From: a virus
Virus record (IMG/VR): IMGVR_UViG_3300048837_000485
Coordinates: 2,511-66,510 of that record
DNA: 64,000 nt
Reading direction: 5' to 3' (one strand)
Shown here: in pieces, positions 1 to 9,724 of the stretch
Layout: the number at the start of each line of letters is the position of its first letter
Numbering within the stretch: the first letter of the stretch is position 1
Made by a program: the position numbers and the translations under genes
Notes under the pieces: model-generated
The model's database searches: none
Told to the model about the DNA's origin: nothing
What the model saw: only the letters and a program-made list of their open reading frames with translations

Positions 1-3000
1 ACTGGCCAGGATTCATTAGCTAGACAGTTTGATAAAACAAGGGCTGCTTTTGAAGAATTAATTACAACTTTAACTCAAGACGAGGGACTAAGATCTTTAC
101 TTGGTACCGTTTTGGAGATGACTAAGAGTTTTGCAGAGTTTGCTAATTCTATCGCTCCAGTATTACCATTATTAGCTGGAATTGGTGCTATTAGAGCGTT
201 CCCAAGAATTGCAACCTTTGTTGGTGCATCTATTAATAGAATTAAAGGATATGCTGATGGTGGACAACCGCCTAGTAAAGGAATTATACCAGCTGGTAGT
301 AGTGGAAAGATTCCTGGATATAGTCCGATTGATAACAGGCTGGCTTTTGTTGGTGATGGTGAATATATTGTTAAAGCATCATCTGTACAGAGGGTTGGTA
401 AGAATAGATTAGATTATATTAATCAGACCGGTAAAGTTCCTGGGTTTAATAAGGGTGGAATGAGGAGTTTTGATGATGGTGGATTATCCGGAAGCAGTGG
501 ACTTAGTCCTGAACAAGCTAAAATACAGACTGCTATTGATGTTTTGGTTGCTAAATTAAATACTCTTTCTGAGAAAATTCAACAGGGGGCAAATAGACTA
601 GAAGACCTGGGACCTTTTATTGAGTTAAATAAAGAAGCTAACAAAATAAAAGATGAGCTTTCTCTTCTTAGAAAAAAATTAGCATCTACCAAAGAATCTA
701 CAATTACTCCTGAAAAGCAGGCTGAATTACGTGCTGCTAATATAAGACCTAAGCCTAATTTAGTTTCCTTGGGCGTATCTGAAAATTTAAGAAGAGACAG
801 GGAATCCATTCTACCGCAGTCTGGATTACGTCCTAGTGAAATTATTAATAAGGCTAGATTAGAATCTAGACGAAGAGATTTTGAACAACAGTTGGCTCCT
901 GGGTTAGCTAAACAAGAAGCTAGAAAAAATAGAATATTACCAACAGCACAACAGGTTAGAGAATCCCAAGTAATTATTACTAATCTAAAATCTAAAATTG
1001 CAGACAGTCCTTATAATCCTGAATCTACAAAACCAATCAGATTAACAAAAACAAAACAATCTGAATTAAGAGGAAATACTCTAATACCTGGACCACGGAT
1101 AAGGAATGCAGATCCTGCTACTATAACAGCTAAAACCTTATCAAGAAATATAGGACTTTATGAACGTACGGCAAATATAGCTAAACAAATGGGAGTATCT
1201 TATCAGCAATTATTGAACTCTAGAAGAATACCAACCCCAGAATATGTTAGACCTATATCTGATATTGGACGCCCTTCTGAAAAAATTAAAAAACAATTAC
1301 AGATAAATAGAGATAAAAACCAGCTTTATCTATCAGAACATGCTGATCCAGTATCAAATACAATAGATAAAAATACCTATAAAACACTAGATAGAAACAG
1401 AAGAATTGGGTTGGCTCAAACTCAGGGTCGTGCCGGTGATTCTTCAATGTTAACCTCTCAGCTTGGTTCTGGTAATACTGGACAAGTAATTGGTAAATTA
1501 ACTAGTCTTACTGATACTATCCCAAGACAAAGTTCTGCATTAGCTAATGCTTTGCGTGAAAAGTCATTACAGATATATAAAGAAATAAGATCTTCTAATG
1601 CAGCAGAAATCAATACCCTTGAGAAAAAACTTGCGGCTGCTACATCGCAAAAAACTAGAGAAATACTAAAAGCAGCCCTTCTTGAAAAATCATCCATAAC
1701 ATCCCAAGATGTATTACAACAAGCTAGACTAAGGGCAGCTAATGAATTAAGTAAGGAAACATTATCTACTAGAGTACCAAATTCTGGTGGACCACCCAGA
1801 CCTCCTAATAAATTCATTTCCGGATTAAGAGATAAAGCATCATCAACACTTGGTGGTATTGGTGGAAAAATCTCCAAAAATTTTCAATTCTCTCCTGGGG
1901 CAGTTACACATTCTGCCGCAATTGGTGGATTGATTGCATTAAATACACAAACTGGACGAGATGCTCTATCCGGAACATTTGGAGAAAGAAGAGGATCTCA
2001 AGTTGGTGGTGCCTTAACTGGTGCATTAACTGGCGGATTAGCCGGTGCTAGTTTTGGACCAGCTGGTATAGCAGTAGGTGCTTTTGCTGGTGCTGTTATT
2101 GGTGCAAGTAGTGCTTTAAAGAAATTTGAAGAGGGGATAGTTCAAAATAAAATAGATGACACTTTCTCAAAATTAGATAAAGAATTAGAAAATAAAGATA
2201 AACCAATTAGTTCTGATGTAATAAAAGGAATTATTGAATCAAGTAAATTACAAAAGGAACAATTAGACAGTGCTAATGCACCAGGATTCTTTTCAAGATT
2301 AATTGGTACTAAACAAGATGAATCAGGGGTTACGCTGTCCCTACGAGAGAGGGCTATTAAAAAAGAAACCTTTTTAGGAGTACCATTAGCTACTGATTTT
2401 GGTGCAAACCTATTAGCATCACGAGATAAAAATTCTAACCTAGGTCTTCCCATTGCCAAAGATATTAATGGTAGAAATATAGGAACCGCTCAGGACTTAG
2501 TAGCAAACGAAGCAAGAAAAAATCTAGAACTTCAAACAAGAAACGCTACTGCCGGATCCGGTTCTGCTGCTGAAAAAGTGCTAGCAACATTAACTACAAC
2601 AACAGAAATAACAAAGGAAGAGTTTCGTGGGCTTACTGATGCAGTGGCACAGGCTAGAGATGGTCATCTTAGAAATGCAGATGCTGTAGAAAAGGAGCAA
2701 GCTGCTATTATAGATAATAGACGCAAGAATAAAGAGCGTCTAGATTTTGAAGCCAAGGCAACTAGCACATTCGTAGGCTCTTTAAACAGAAGTATTGATG
2801 CTAATTATAAATATGTACGATCTTTAAGTGAAGTTGGTACTAGACAAATTATCACACGTGGAACTTCTGCACAAGATTCTATACGTAATTTTTCTGGTCT
2901 TAATTTATTAGGTACTAAATCCTTTGGAGAAGCATTAAATCGTGCTCCAGTTGATAACAGTCAAAAACAAATATTTGATCAGTTAAACAGAAGTGTAAGT

Positions 3001-5898
3001 TTGATTGAACAGGTATTTAGTACACCAACCGTATTACAACCTGGACAGGATTTACCAACTGAATTAAATAAATTTATTGATGTATTATCTGGATCTAAGG
3101 GATTACAAGATAGTCCCGTATTAGAAGAAATAAAGAGACAGATAACAAACCCTAAAAATGCAGAAATTTTTGGTAATAAGGATCAATTACAAAAAACTCT
3201 AGATGAGAAAGGTATATCTGGTGTATTTGAATTATTAACTACTGAATATGCTCCTGGTATTAAAAGCCTTATCGATAAAACCAATGCCTACAATGCAGAA
3301 TTAAGTAGACAAGCTACAGAATTAGAAGGTGTATTTGGTCAACTTAACCAAACAATAGCCCAAAGAAGCATAGCTGGTCAAGCTGCCCGTCAAGTTGGAA
3401 TAACACAAAGACAATTTAACGGAGTTACTCTTGCTCCTTCTGGATTAGATAATCGTAGAGTAGTGGGTGAAGTAGCAGCATCAACCGGTGTTTCTGGTGC
3501 ATCTGGTCTTGTTAAATTATTACAACAGTCTGATGCTTTAGCAGAAACTCAATCTAGATATAGAGTCGTTTCTGAAAATGCAGTAGCTGGACTTAGAAAA
3601 CTAGCAGATGCGGGTAGTAGAACAGCAGATAGTATTGATAGACTCAATGCTCTAGAAAGTAGCCGTGGATCACAACGTGGATTAGTAGAAAAGTCATTAT
3701 TTGCATCTCCAAAAGAACGTGCGGAACTCAATGCTAGACAAACTGCCGCTAGAACCTTCGTGGCTCGTGGTGGTAGTGATATTTCTGGTTTTGGAATTAA
3801 GCAACAGCAAGAAATAATTACAGCACTTAGGGAATCGGGTTCTGAATTATTAAAGGGTGGAAAAGGAAAGACTGCCGATCAGATTGCTAATGATCTGTTG
3901 GATAAGCTTGGTGGATTAGATAAGGATCCAGTTGCTAAAGAAATAGATGGACTTCAAAAAGAAGTTATTAGAGTACAGATAGAAGCTGCTAATATACAGA
4001 AGGTTTTGGCAGATAGACAGCAGGGAATATATGAAGATCATGTAAGACAATTAAGTGATGAGAATAACAGATTCTTGTCTGAGTTGGGAAGGGTTATTAC
4101 TACTGGATCACCATCGATTCCTAAGCCTACTCCTGTAGTGTCTCCTAATACTGGATCACCATCGATTCCTAAGCCTGCTCCTGTAGTGTCTCCTAATACT
4201 GGTGGATTCTTTTCTGTTGGTAATCAGTCATTATCTCGGAAACCGCCTGTGGAACCAAGTTTTTCTGATCCTAAAGTACAAGCAGAGTTTAATAGAGTAG
4301 ATCGACAATTCGTTACGAATAATCCTGTTCCAGCTTCCAATGTTAATAGACTAGGTGAGTTTAGAGAAAAATTAGATAGAGAGACCGCCGCAGCTAGGAA
4401 TACTAAACCTAATAAAGGATTCGTAACCGGTACTGTTGATGCTGTATTTGGTGAAAAACGTGTAGATCGTTTTAGTAATTTTGTTGATAGAAATGCATCT
4501 CCAATTTTGAGAGGTATTGATCCTATTCCAAAAATCCAGGCTGCTACCAAAGGGACCGTATTTGAAACAATACCAGAAAAAGAATTATCTCCAGACTTAA
4601 AGCTTAAAATTGCAGCTGAACAAAAATTGGGATTACCCGATTTTAAAACCAGGGAACTCAGAAGTCCGCCTACTGATAGGGTCGAAAGACTTTTAGATTC
4701 AAGAGGTGGCCTGTTCAATGTTGGATCTGGCGATGTTAAAAAACCACTAACTTTATATCAAGAAATGGATAAAATTTTAGAACAAAGAAAACGTAATGTT
4801 GGATCTGGCGATGTTAAAAAACCACTAACTTTAGATCAAGAAATGGATAAAATTTTAGAACAAAGAAAACGTGATGAAAATAAAAGAGAACTTGATAATA
4901 TCTTAGATCCTAAGAAAAATCCATTAGGGTCCTCTGGACACGTTGGACCACTTAATATACCAAAAGATAATGACATAACCACTTTAACTAATCAATCTAT
5001 TTTGGATGATAAAAATCTAACGACACTTGAAAAAGCGAGAGCGATACAAGATGTTTTTGCCGCACAGAGTAGAGAAAGAGCAATACAAAAACCTAATCTT
5101 GGGCCTGATGGTAATCATAAGTTTGTGACAAACAACGTTATTCCAGCTCCTAATGTTAATAGGCTTGGTGAGTTTAGAGAAAAATTAGATAGAGATACGG
5201 CAGCCGCAAGAGCCAGTGTTAAACCTAATAAAGGATTAGTAACGGGTGCTGCCGATGCCGTATTTGGTGAAAAGAATGTAGATCGTTTTAGTAATTTTGT
5301 TGATAGAAAAGTGTCTCCTATATTAAGAGGTATTGATCCTATTCCAAAAATCCAGGCTGCTACCAAGGGGACCGTATTTGAAACAATACCAGAAAAAGAA
5401 TTATCTCCAGATTTAAAGCTTAAAATTGCAGCTGAACAAAAATTAGGATTACCCGATTTTAAAACCAGAGAACTAAGAAGTCCTCCTACTGATAGAGTTG
5501 AAAGAGCTTTTGACAGACAAAATTCTGGTGGTGGATTTTTTAACGTTGCTTCTGAACCAGTATCTTTAAGAAATAAATTCAAACCACAAAACGATGTTAC
5601 TAAATTACCAGATATTAAACCGTCTGAATCTAATAATATAGATATGTCAGCTTTTGAAAGATTTAATACTTTATTTGGTTCTCATGTTGAAAAACTTGCA
5701 GCTGCAATTAGCACAATGCCAGCAACTATAGAAATGAACGTAACACAAACCGTCAACGTGATTCATAATGGTGCACAAATTTTTGCTGAACTAAGTCCAG
5801 CCATGCAGAAAATGGCAACCCTAGCTGTAGAAAATGGTATCAATAAGTTTATTAAAGAAAGCTTGCCCGATGCTAAACAATTTAAGGCGGTGGGATAA
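1..5898 (+). CDS. Tail tape-measure protein (5'-truncated; frame open from base 1)
   Basis: >1900 aa, Ala/Gly/Leu-rich helical sequence with a GYADGG..GEYIVKASSV..G..LDYIN..PGFNKGG motif and a Gly/Ala hydrophobic segment typical of TMPs; no in-frame stop between 1 and 112. Confidence 0.8.
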   Translation, partial: TGQDSLARQFDKTRAAFEELITTLTQDEGLRSLLGTVLEMTKSFAEFANSIAPVLPLLAGIGAIRAFPRIATFVGASINRIKGYADGGQPPSKGIIPAGSSGKIPGYSPIDNRLAFVGDGEYIVKASSVQRVGKNRLDYINQTGKVPGFNKGGMRSFDDGGLSGSSGLSPEQAKIQTAIDVLVAKLNTLSEKIQQGANRLEDLGPFIELNKEANKIKDELSLLRKKLASTKESTITPEKQAELRAANIRPKPNLVSLGVSENLRRDRESILPQSGLRPSEIINKARLESRRRDFEQQLAPGLAKQEARKNRILPTAQQVRESQVIITNLKSKIADSPYNPESTKPIRLTKTKQSELRGNTLIPGPRIRNADPATITAKTLSRNIGLYERTANIAKQMGVSYQQLLNSRRIPTPEYVRPISDIGRPSEKIKKQLQINRDKNQLYLSEHADPVSNTIDKNTYKTLDRNRRIGLAQTQGRAGDSSMLTSQLGSGNTGQVIGKLTSLTDTIPRQSSALANALREKSLQIYKEIRSSNAAEINTLEKKLAAATSQKTREILKAALLEKSSITSQDVLQQARLRAANELSKETLSTRVPNSGGPPRPPNKFISGLRDKASSTLGGIGGKISKNFQFSPGAVTHSAAIGGLIALNTQTGRDALSGTFGERRGSQVGGALTGALTGGLAGASFGPAGIAVGAFAGAVIGASSALKKFEEGIVQNKIDDTFSKLDKELENKDKPISSDVIKGIIESSKLQKEQLDSANAPGFFSRLIGTKQDESGVTLSLRERAIKKETFLGVPLATDFGANLLASRDKNSNLGLPIAKDINGRNIGTAQDLVANEARKNLELQTRNATAGSGSAAEKVLATLTTTTEITKEEFRGLTDAVAQARDGHLRNADAVEKEQAAIIDNRRKNKERLDFEAKATSTFVGSLNRSIDANYKYVRSLSEVGTRQIITRGTSAQDSIRNFSGLNLLGTKSFGEALNRAPVDNSQKQIFDQLNRSVSLIEQVFSTPTVLQPGQDLPTELNKFIDVLSGSKGLQDSPVLEEIKRQITNPKNAEIFGNKDQLQKTLDEKGISGVFELLTTEYAPGIKSLIDKTNAYNAELSRQATELEGVFGQLNQTIAQRSIAGQAARQVGITQRQFNGVTLAPSGLDNRRVVGEVAASTGVSGASGLVKLLQQSDALAETQSRYRVVSENAVAGLRKLADAGSRTADSIDRLNALESSRGSQRGLVEKSLFASPKERAELNARQTAARTFVARGGSDISGFGIKQQQEIITALRESGSELLKGGKGKTADQIANDLLDKLGGLDKDPVAKEIDGLQKEVIRVQIEAANIQKVLADRQQGIYEDHVRQLSDENNRFLSELGRVITTGSPSIPKPTPVVSPNTGSPSIPKPAPVVSPNTGGFFSVGNQSLSRKPPVEPSFSDPKVQAEFNRVDRQFVTNNPVPASNVNRLGEFREKLDRETAAARNTKPNKGFVTGTVDAVFGEKRVDRFSNFVDRNASPILRGIDPIPKIQAATKGTVFETIPEKELSPDLKLKIAAEQKLGLPDFKTRELRSPPTDRVERLLDSRGGLFNVGSGDVKKPLTLYQEMDKILEQRKRNVGSGDVKKPLTLDQEMDKILEQRKRDENKRELDNILDPKKNPLGSSGHVGPLNIPKDNDITTLTNQSILDDKNLTTLEKARAIQDVFAAQSRERAIQKPNLGPDGNHKFVTNNVIPAPNVNRLGEFREKLDRDTAAARASVKPNKGLVTGAADAVFGEKNVDRFSNFVDRKVSPILRGIDPIPKIQAATKGTVFETIPEKELSPDLKLKIAAEQKLGLPDFKTRELRSPPTDRVERAFDRQNSGGGFFNVASEPVSLRNKFKPQNDVTKLPDIKPSESNNIDMSAFERFNTLFGSHVEKLAAAISTMPATIEMNVTQTVNVIHNGAQIFAELSPAMQKMATLAVENGINKFIKESLPDAKQFKAVG
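4101..4202 (+). repeat. 48-bp tandem repeat x2 (TGSPSIPKP[T/A]PVVSPN) in TMP
   Basis: Near-identical adjacent copies read directly in DNA and protein. Confidence 0.95.
4309..5505 (+). repeat. ~380-bp direct repeat in TMP (4309-4689 and 5122-5505)
   Basis: FVTNN...PPTDRVER duplicated, differences mostly synonymous. Confidence 0.95.
4717..4872 (+). repeat. 78-bp tandem repeat x2 (NVGSGDVKKPLTL[Y/D]QEMDKILEQRKR) in TMP
   Basis: Near-identical adjacent copies. Confidence 0.95.
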
Positions 5899-5937
5899 TA
5901 TGATATTTAGCAATAAGCAAACTAAGGTAGTAATCTA

Positions 5938-8190
5938 ATGCCAGTACGTAGAGTATACTTAGATAAAACACAAGAGAACTTCTGTTCTAATAGTTTAGCT
6001 AATATAAACGATTTTCAATATAATCAAACATATAATAATTATGATAGATATAAGGACTCTTTATCACGTGGACTGTTTTTTGATGATTCTGGGACAAGAA
6101 TGTATATTGGAATGTATTCTAGTGGAATCATTGATCAATATGATCTATCTATACCTTGGGATATTAATTCTGCCACTTTGAATTATAGTTTGCCACTATC
6201 TGGTCATCATAATGGACACATTTGTAATATTTTGTCTTTTATTATTGTTAATAATGGTTCTGATCTTTATTATGGAGATAATGTATCTGGTTTACTTGGG
6301 ATTAACTATATTGTAAAGGGGGTATTTACTTCTCCTTGGGATCTAAGCACATTTACTTATACTGGAGCATCTGCCACATCTTTTACAGAATTATATGGTT
6401 TTAGTCAAGAGTATCCTTATCAAAACTCGCTTACTAGCTTATTTGCATCTCCTTCTCAATCTACATATAGTGCTAATTATTTATTTTCACTAGATGGGGC
6501 CGGTCCATCTATTTTGAATGCTTATGGAACGTTTTCTCATAGATTAAATAGTAAGGTATATATATTAACTAATAAAGATGAATTTTTTGATAATGAGGTT
6601 ATTATATATCAATATTATAAAAATATTGTTAATAGTTATTCAGTATTACCAATATCGTCTGGATACTTTACTCCATCAATAAGTAATAGCGGAAATGTTG
6701 GCCATATGGAATCTATGTTTGTAGACCCGTATGGTGAAAATTTATATATACTTAGCACGAGTGGATTAGTTCATCAATATATATCTTCTGGTTTACATTG
6801 GTATGGTAGCTCAGATAGTGGAATTAATATTCAAAATTTGTTTTATTTACCAAAATATGATTCTAACAGTATTTCTGATTATATAGATGAAGGTACTACA
6901 ATTAATGATAAATCTAATTTTTTCATTAGTGTGGATTCTGGATTATCCACCTTTTCTTTAAAAACGGAAATACCGTTTGTTAAAAACGTATCTGATATTT
7001 ATTTTGACGTAGGTTATGAATCTATTGTTTCAGGAATGAAAATTAGTGATATATTAGTTACTATGTCTAATGTTAAATCTGCGTATACTCCAGTTAATTC
7101 CGGATATTATTTAAATAATTCTGGTATTAATAATATTAATCTGAATATATTTAATAACTCAGTATTTAATAGTATTGGCAATTCTTCTGGTTTAACAATA
7201 ATGTTTGATTTATTTTCACCAGCATCTGGAAATAAAATTACATCATTAAATTTATCTATACTTGGAGATTATTATCCGGCTACCGGTATTAATGATTTTC
7301 CATTGTATATTAATGCAGAACCATCTAGTGGATCTTTAGATTTATTTTTGGGAAATTATCATCTAGAATCAGATATTGATTTATTTATTCATGGATATAC
7401 AAATATAAGCGGAACTATTCCTTTATTTACAAAGGGTTCAATTGAACTAAATGATAATATTCCATTATATATAAGTGGTAATCCTGTTAATAATAATATT
7501 CCATTATATATTCCTGGTGCCTTTTCTGCTGAACATGTAGATCTTTATATATATGGACATGATACAGAAAAAAGCGGAGTATCGTTATTTACATATGGTC
7601 ATGATTTAGTTTCTGGAGATTTTCCATTATATATTCAAGGAGTTGTTACTCAGACTAATTCGTTAAATTTATATCTAGATGCCGGGGAACTTACGCCAGA
7701 TAGTAGTAATTTTCCATTATTTATGTGGGCAACTAATAATTCTGGATTATATTCCACTTTTCCATTGTCTATTGGTTCAGATACTAGTCCAGACCCAACC
7801 CATAATTTAAATCTATTCTTAGGAAATAATTCTACTGCTGATTTATATGGATCAATGCCACTTTATTTGTATAATGATAATAGTAGCATAAAAGATCTTG
7901 ACTTATTCATTGCTAATTACTATACTAATATAAGTGGATCTATTCCTTTATATATATTTACAGAAAATTATGGATCTGGACGTGCTGAATTACCATTATT
8001 TATTGCTAGAGATTCAGAGTCATTAGCTGGTGTAGTTCCGTTGTTTTTAAGCACAACAGAAACTATTAATGAAGATATTGATTTGTTTATTGAGGGTTCC
8101 AATAGTGGAATTAATGATTCGGTTAATTTATATATTTCTGGAATAGATCCAATAGATTTAACAATGAAATTATTTACAAAAGGTATTTAA
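5938..8190 (+). CDS. Putative virion structural protein (N-terminal beta-propeller-like part, C-terminal short PLYI/DLFI-xG repeats)
   Basis: Directly after TMP; GLFFDDSGTRMYI..IDQYDLSIPWDI propeller-like motif; repeated (I/F/M)PL(Y/F)I units; Ser-Gly rich. Confidence 0.6.
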   Translation: MPVRRVYLDKTQENFCSNSLANINDFQYNQTYNNYDRYKDSLSRGLFFDDSGTRMYIGMYSSGIIDQYDLSIPWDINSATLNYSLPLSGHHNGHICNILSFIIVNNGSDLYYGDNVSGLLGINYIVKGVFTSPWDLSTFTYTGASATSFTELYGFSQEYPYQNSLTSLFASPSQSTYSANYLFSLDGAGPSILNAYGTFSHRLNSKVYILTNKDEFFDNEVIIYQYYKNIVNSYSVLPISSGYFTPSISNSGNVGHMESMFVDPYGENLYILSTSGLVHQYISSGLHWYGSSDSGINIQNLFYLPKYDSNSISDYIDEGTTINDKSNFFISVDSGLSTFSLKTEIPFVKNVSDIYFDVGYESIVSGMKISDILVTMSNVKSAYTPVNSGYYLNNSGINNINLNIFNNSVFNSIGNSSGLTIMFDLFSPASGNKITSLNLSILGDYYPATGINDFPLYINAEPSSGSLDLFLGNYHLESDIDLFIHGYTNISGTIPLFTKGSIELNDNIPLYISGNPVNNNIPLYIPGAFSAEHVDLYIYGHDTEKSGVSLFTYGHDLVSGDFPLYIQGVVTQTNSLNLYLDAGELTPDSSNFPLFMWATNNSGLYSTFPLSIGSDTSPDPTHNLNLFLGNNSTADLYGSMPLYLYNDNSSIKDLDLFIANYYTNISGSIPLYIFTENYGSGRAELPLFIARDSESLAGVVPLFLSTTETINEDIDLFIEGSNSGINDSVNLYISGIDPIDLTMKLFTKGI

Positions 8191-8233
8191 ATGGGATATA
8201 AGGTAGTCGATGCAATAGAAAGGGGTATCGTTC

Positions 8234-9709
8234 ATGGCGTGGATCTACTATAATAGTTCCTTAATACGACCGGTTCCATCAGTAACCATTAGTCAAAACA
8301 AGATTAAAAATGGTGCAGGTGAAACCATTGGTAACACTTATTCTATAACTGTCAATATTATATTGATGAGTTTTAAAGGGTCACCGAGGTCCGATGGAAC
8401 CTTTTGGACAATAAGTAATGATCCGCCAGATGAAGATATTGATGTAGATGATAAGATAGCTGCAATATCTAGAAAACAAGAAGCAATTAGAGATTTATTT
8501 GCTACTGAGGGACAATTATTTGAGATTCAAAGCCGAGGAGGGGGACAGCCTATAAAATTTAACCCCAGAATTCTAAGCATTTCTTTTAACGAAGGACTAT
8601 GGGTAGAAACGTGTAGCTGTACCATTCAAATGGAAGCAGATAAATTATACCTAGGAGACGGAGACGAGTTCGATAACTACCTTAATAATAGTGAAGAATC
8701 TTGGCAGTTGGATACCGACGAAACTCCAGAAAATATAAATTCACCAAGAACGTATAGATTAAGCCACACTGTTTCGGCAACTGGACGTAGGCATTATGAT
8801 GACTCTGGAGCCTTAACAAAAGAAGCATGGCAAGCCGCAAGGGATGATGTTGTTTCTAAATTAGGTTTTGATTCCAGTATTTTACTATCGTCAGGAGTTA
8901 GTAATCTTCCATCTTATTATGGTGGGTTTAATCATGTAAGAAATGAAAATATAGATAAAAGTAATGGATCATATTCTGTTACTGAAACATGGTTAATTGC
9001 TAGTGGTACAGCACTTGAAGATTTTACTGTTAATACTAGTCGTGGAAACGATGGGTTAATTAATGTTACTGTAAATGGAAATATTACTGGTCTAGAACAA
9101 AGAGATGCTAACTTGGGCCTTAGCGTTAGTAAATGGGACAACGCACTTAGCAAGTTTAACACTATTCAACCATTAATCAAAAACAGGGCTGAGACTTATT
9201 CTTCTGCTTCACTTCATGCGACCCCTACATCATATTCGACTGCTAGAAATCCAGCGGCTGGTACTATTTCGTATGATTATGGATATAACTCTAGGTTTAG
9301 AAATTTAGTTACTGGAACTTTATCTGAAGTTATATCTGTACAAAATAACTTAGAAACTGACCTATTCGCTACGATTGGTATTATAGGAAGAACACTTGGT
9401 AATTTATTACAAGATTTAAATACACGTAGAGAATTACAGAGAACAGTAAATATTGAATTGGTTTTTGATAGTGATTATATTCCATCTGGTGCCAGTATAT
9501 CGGAAGTGATTAATAACTATAATCCAAGATTACACTCTCCACAATCAACAGAGATTGCTTCTATATTATCAGCTGCACATCCTGTAACTGCTGGATTGTT
9601 GAATAATAACGGAAATCCGGTAACAAAGAGTTATATTTCAGACCAATCAGAAAACTGGAATTTTAGTTCTCGTTCGTACTCCAGGAATATCACTTATGTT
9701 TATGAATAA
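8234..9709 (+). CDS. Putative tail/baseplate structural protein
   Basis: 491-aa beta-strand-rich ORF in the tail module. Confidence 0.55.
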   Translation: MAWIYYNSSLIRPVPSVTISQNKIKNGAGETIGNTYSITVNIILMSFKGSPRSDGTFWTISNDPPDEDIDVDDKIAAISRKQEAIRDLFATEGQLFEIQSRGGGQPIKFNPRILSISFNEGLWVETCSCTIQMEADKLYLGDGDEFDNYLNNSEESWQLDTDETPENINSPRTYRLSHTVSATGRRHYDDSGALTKEAWQAARDDVVSKLGFDSSILLSSGVSNLPSYYGGFNHVRNENIDKSNGSYSVTETWLIASGTALEDFTVNTSRGNDGLINVTVNGNITGLEQRDANLGLSVSKWDNALSKFNTIQPLIKNRAETYSSASLHATPTSYSTARNPAAGTISYDYGYNSRFRNLVTGTLSEVISVQNNLETDLFATIGIIGRTLGNLLQDLNTRRELQRTVNIELVFDSDYIPSGASISEVINNYNPRLHSPQSTEIASILSAAHPVTAGLLNNNGNPVTKSYISDQSENWNFSSRSYSRNITYVYE

Positions 9710-9724
9710 TTTAGGATTAAAATA

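Noticed and set aside
4309-5505. Long repeat pair as DGR template/variable repeat
   Set aside because: Differences are mostly synonymous and not adenine-specific, both copies are in-frame in one gene, and no reverse transcriptase is visible in the window
579-5582. Minus-strand ORFs inside the TMP and similar antisense ORFs elsewhere (e.g. 17011-17475, 44885-45316, 60875-61225)
   Set aside because: Shadow frames fully overlapping well-supported genes, with no motifs
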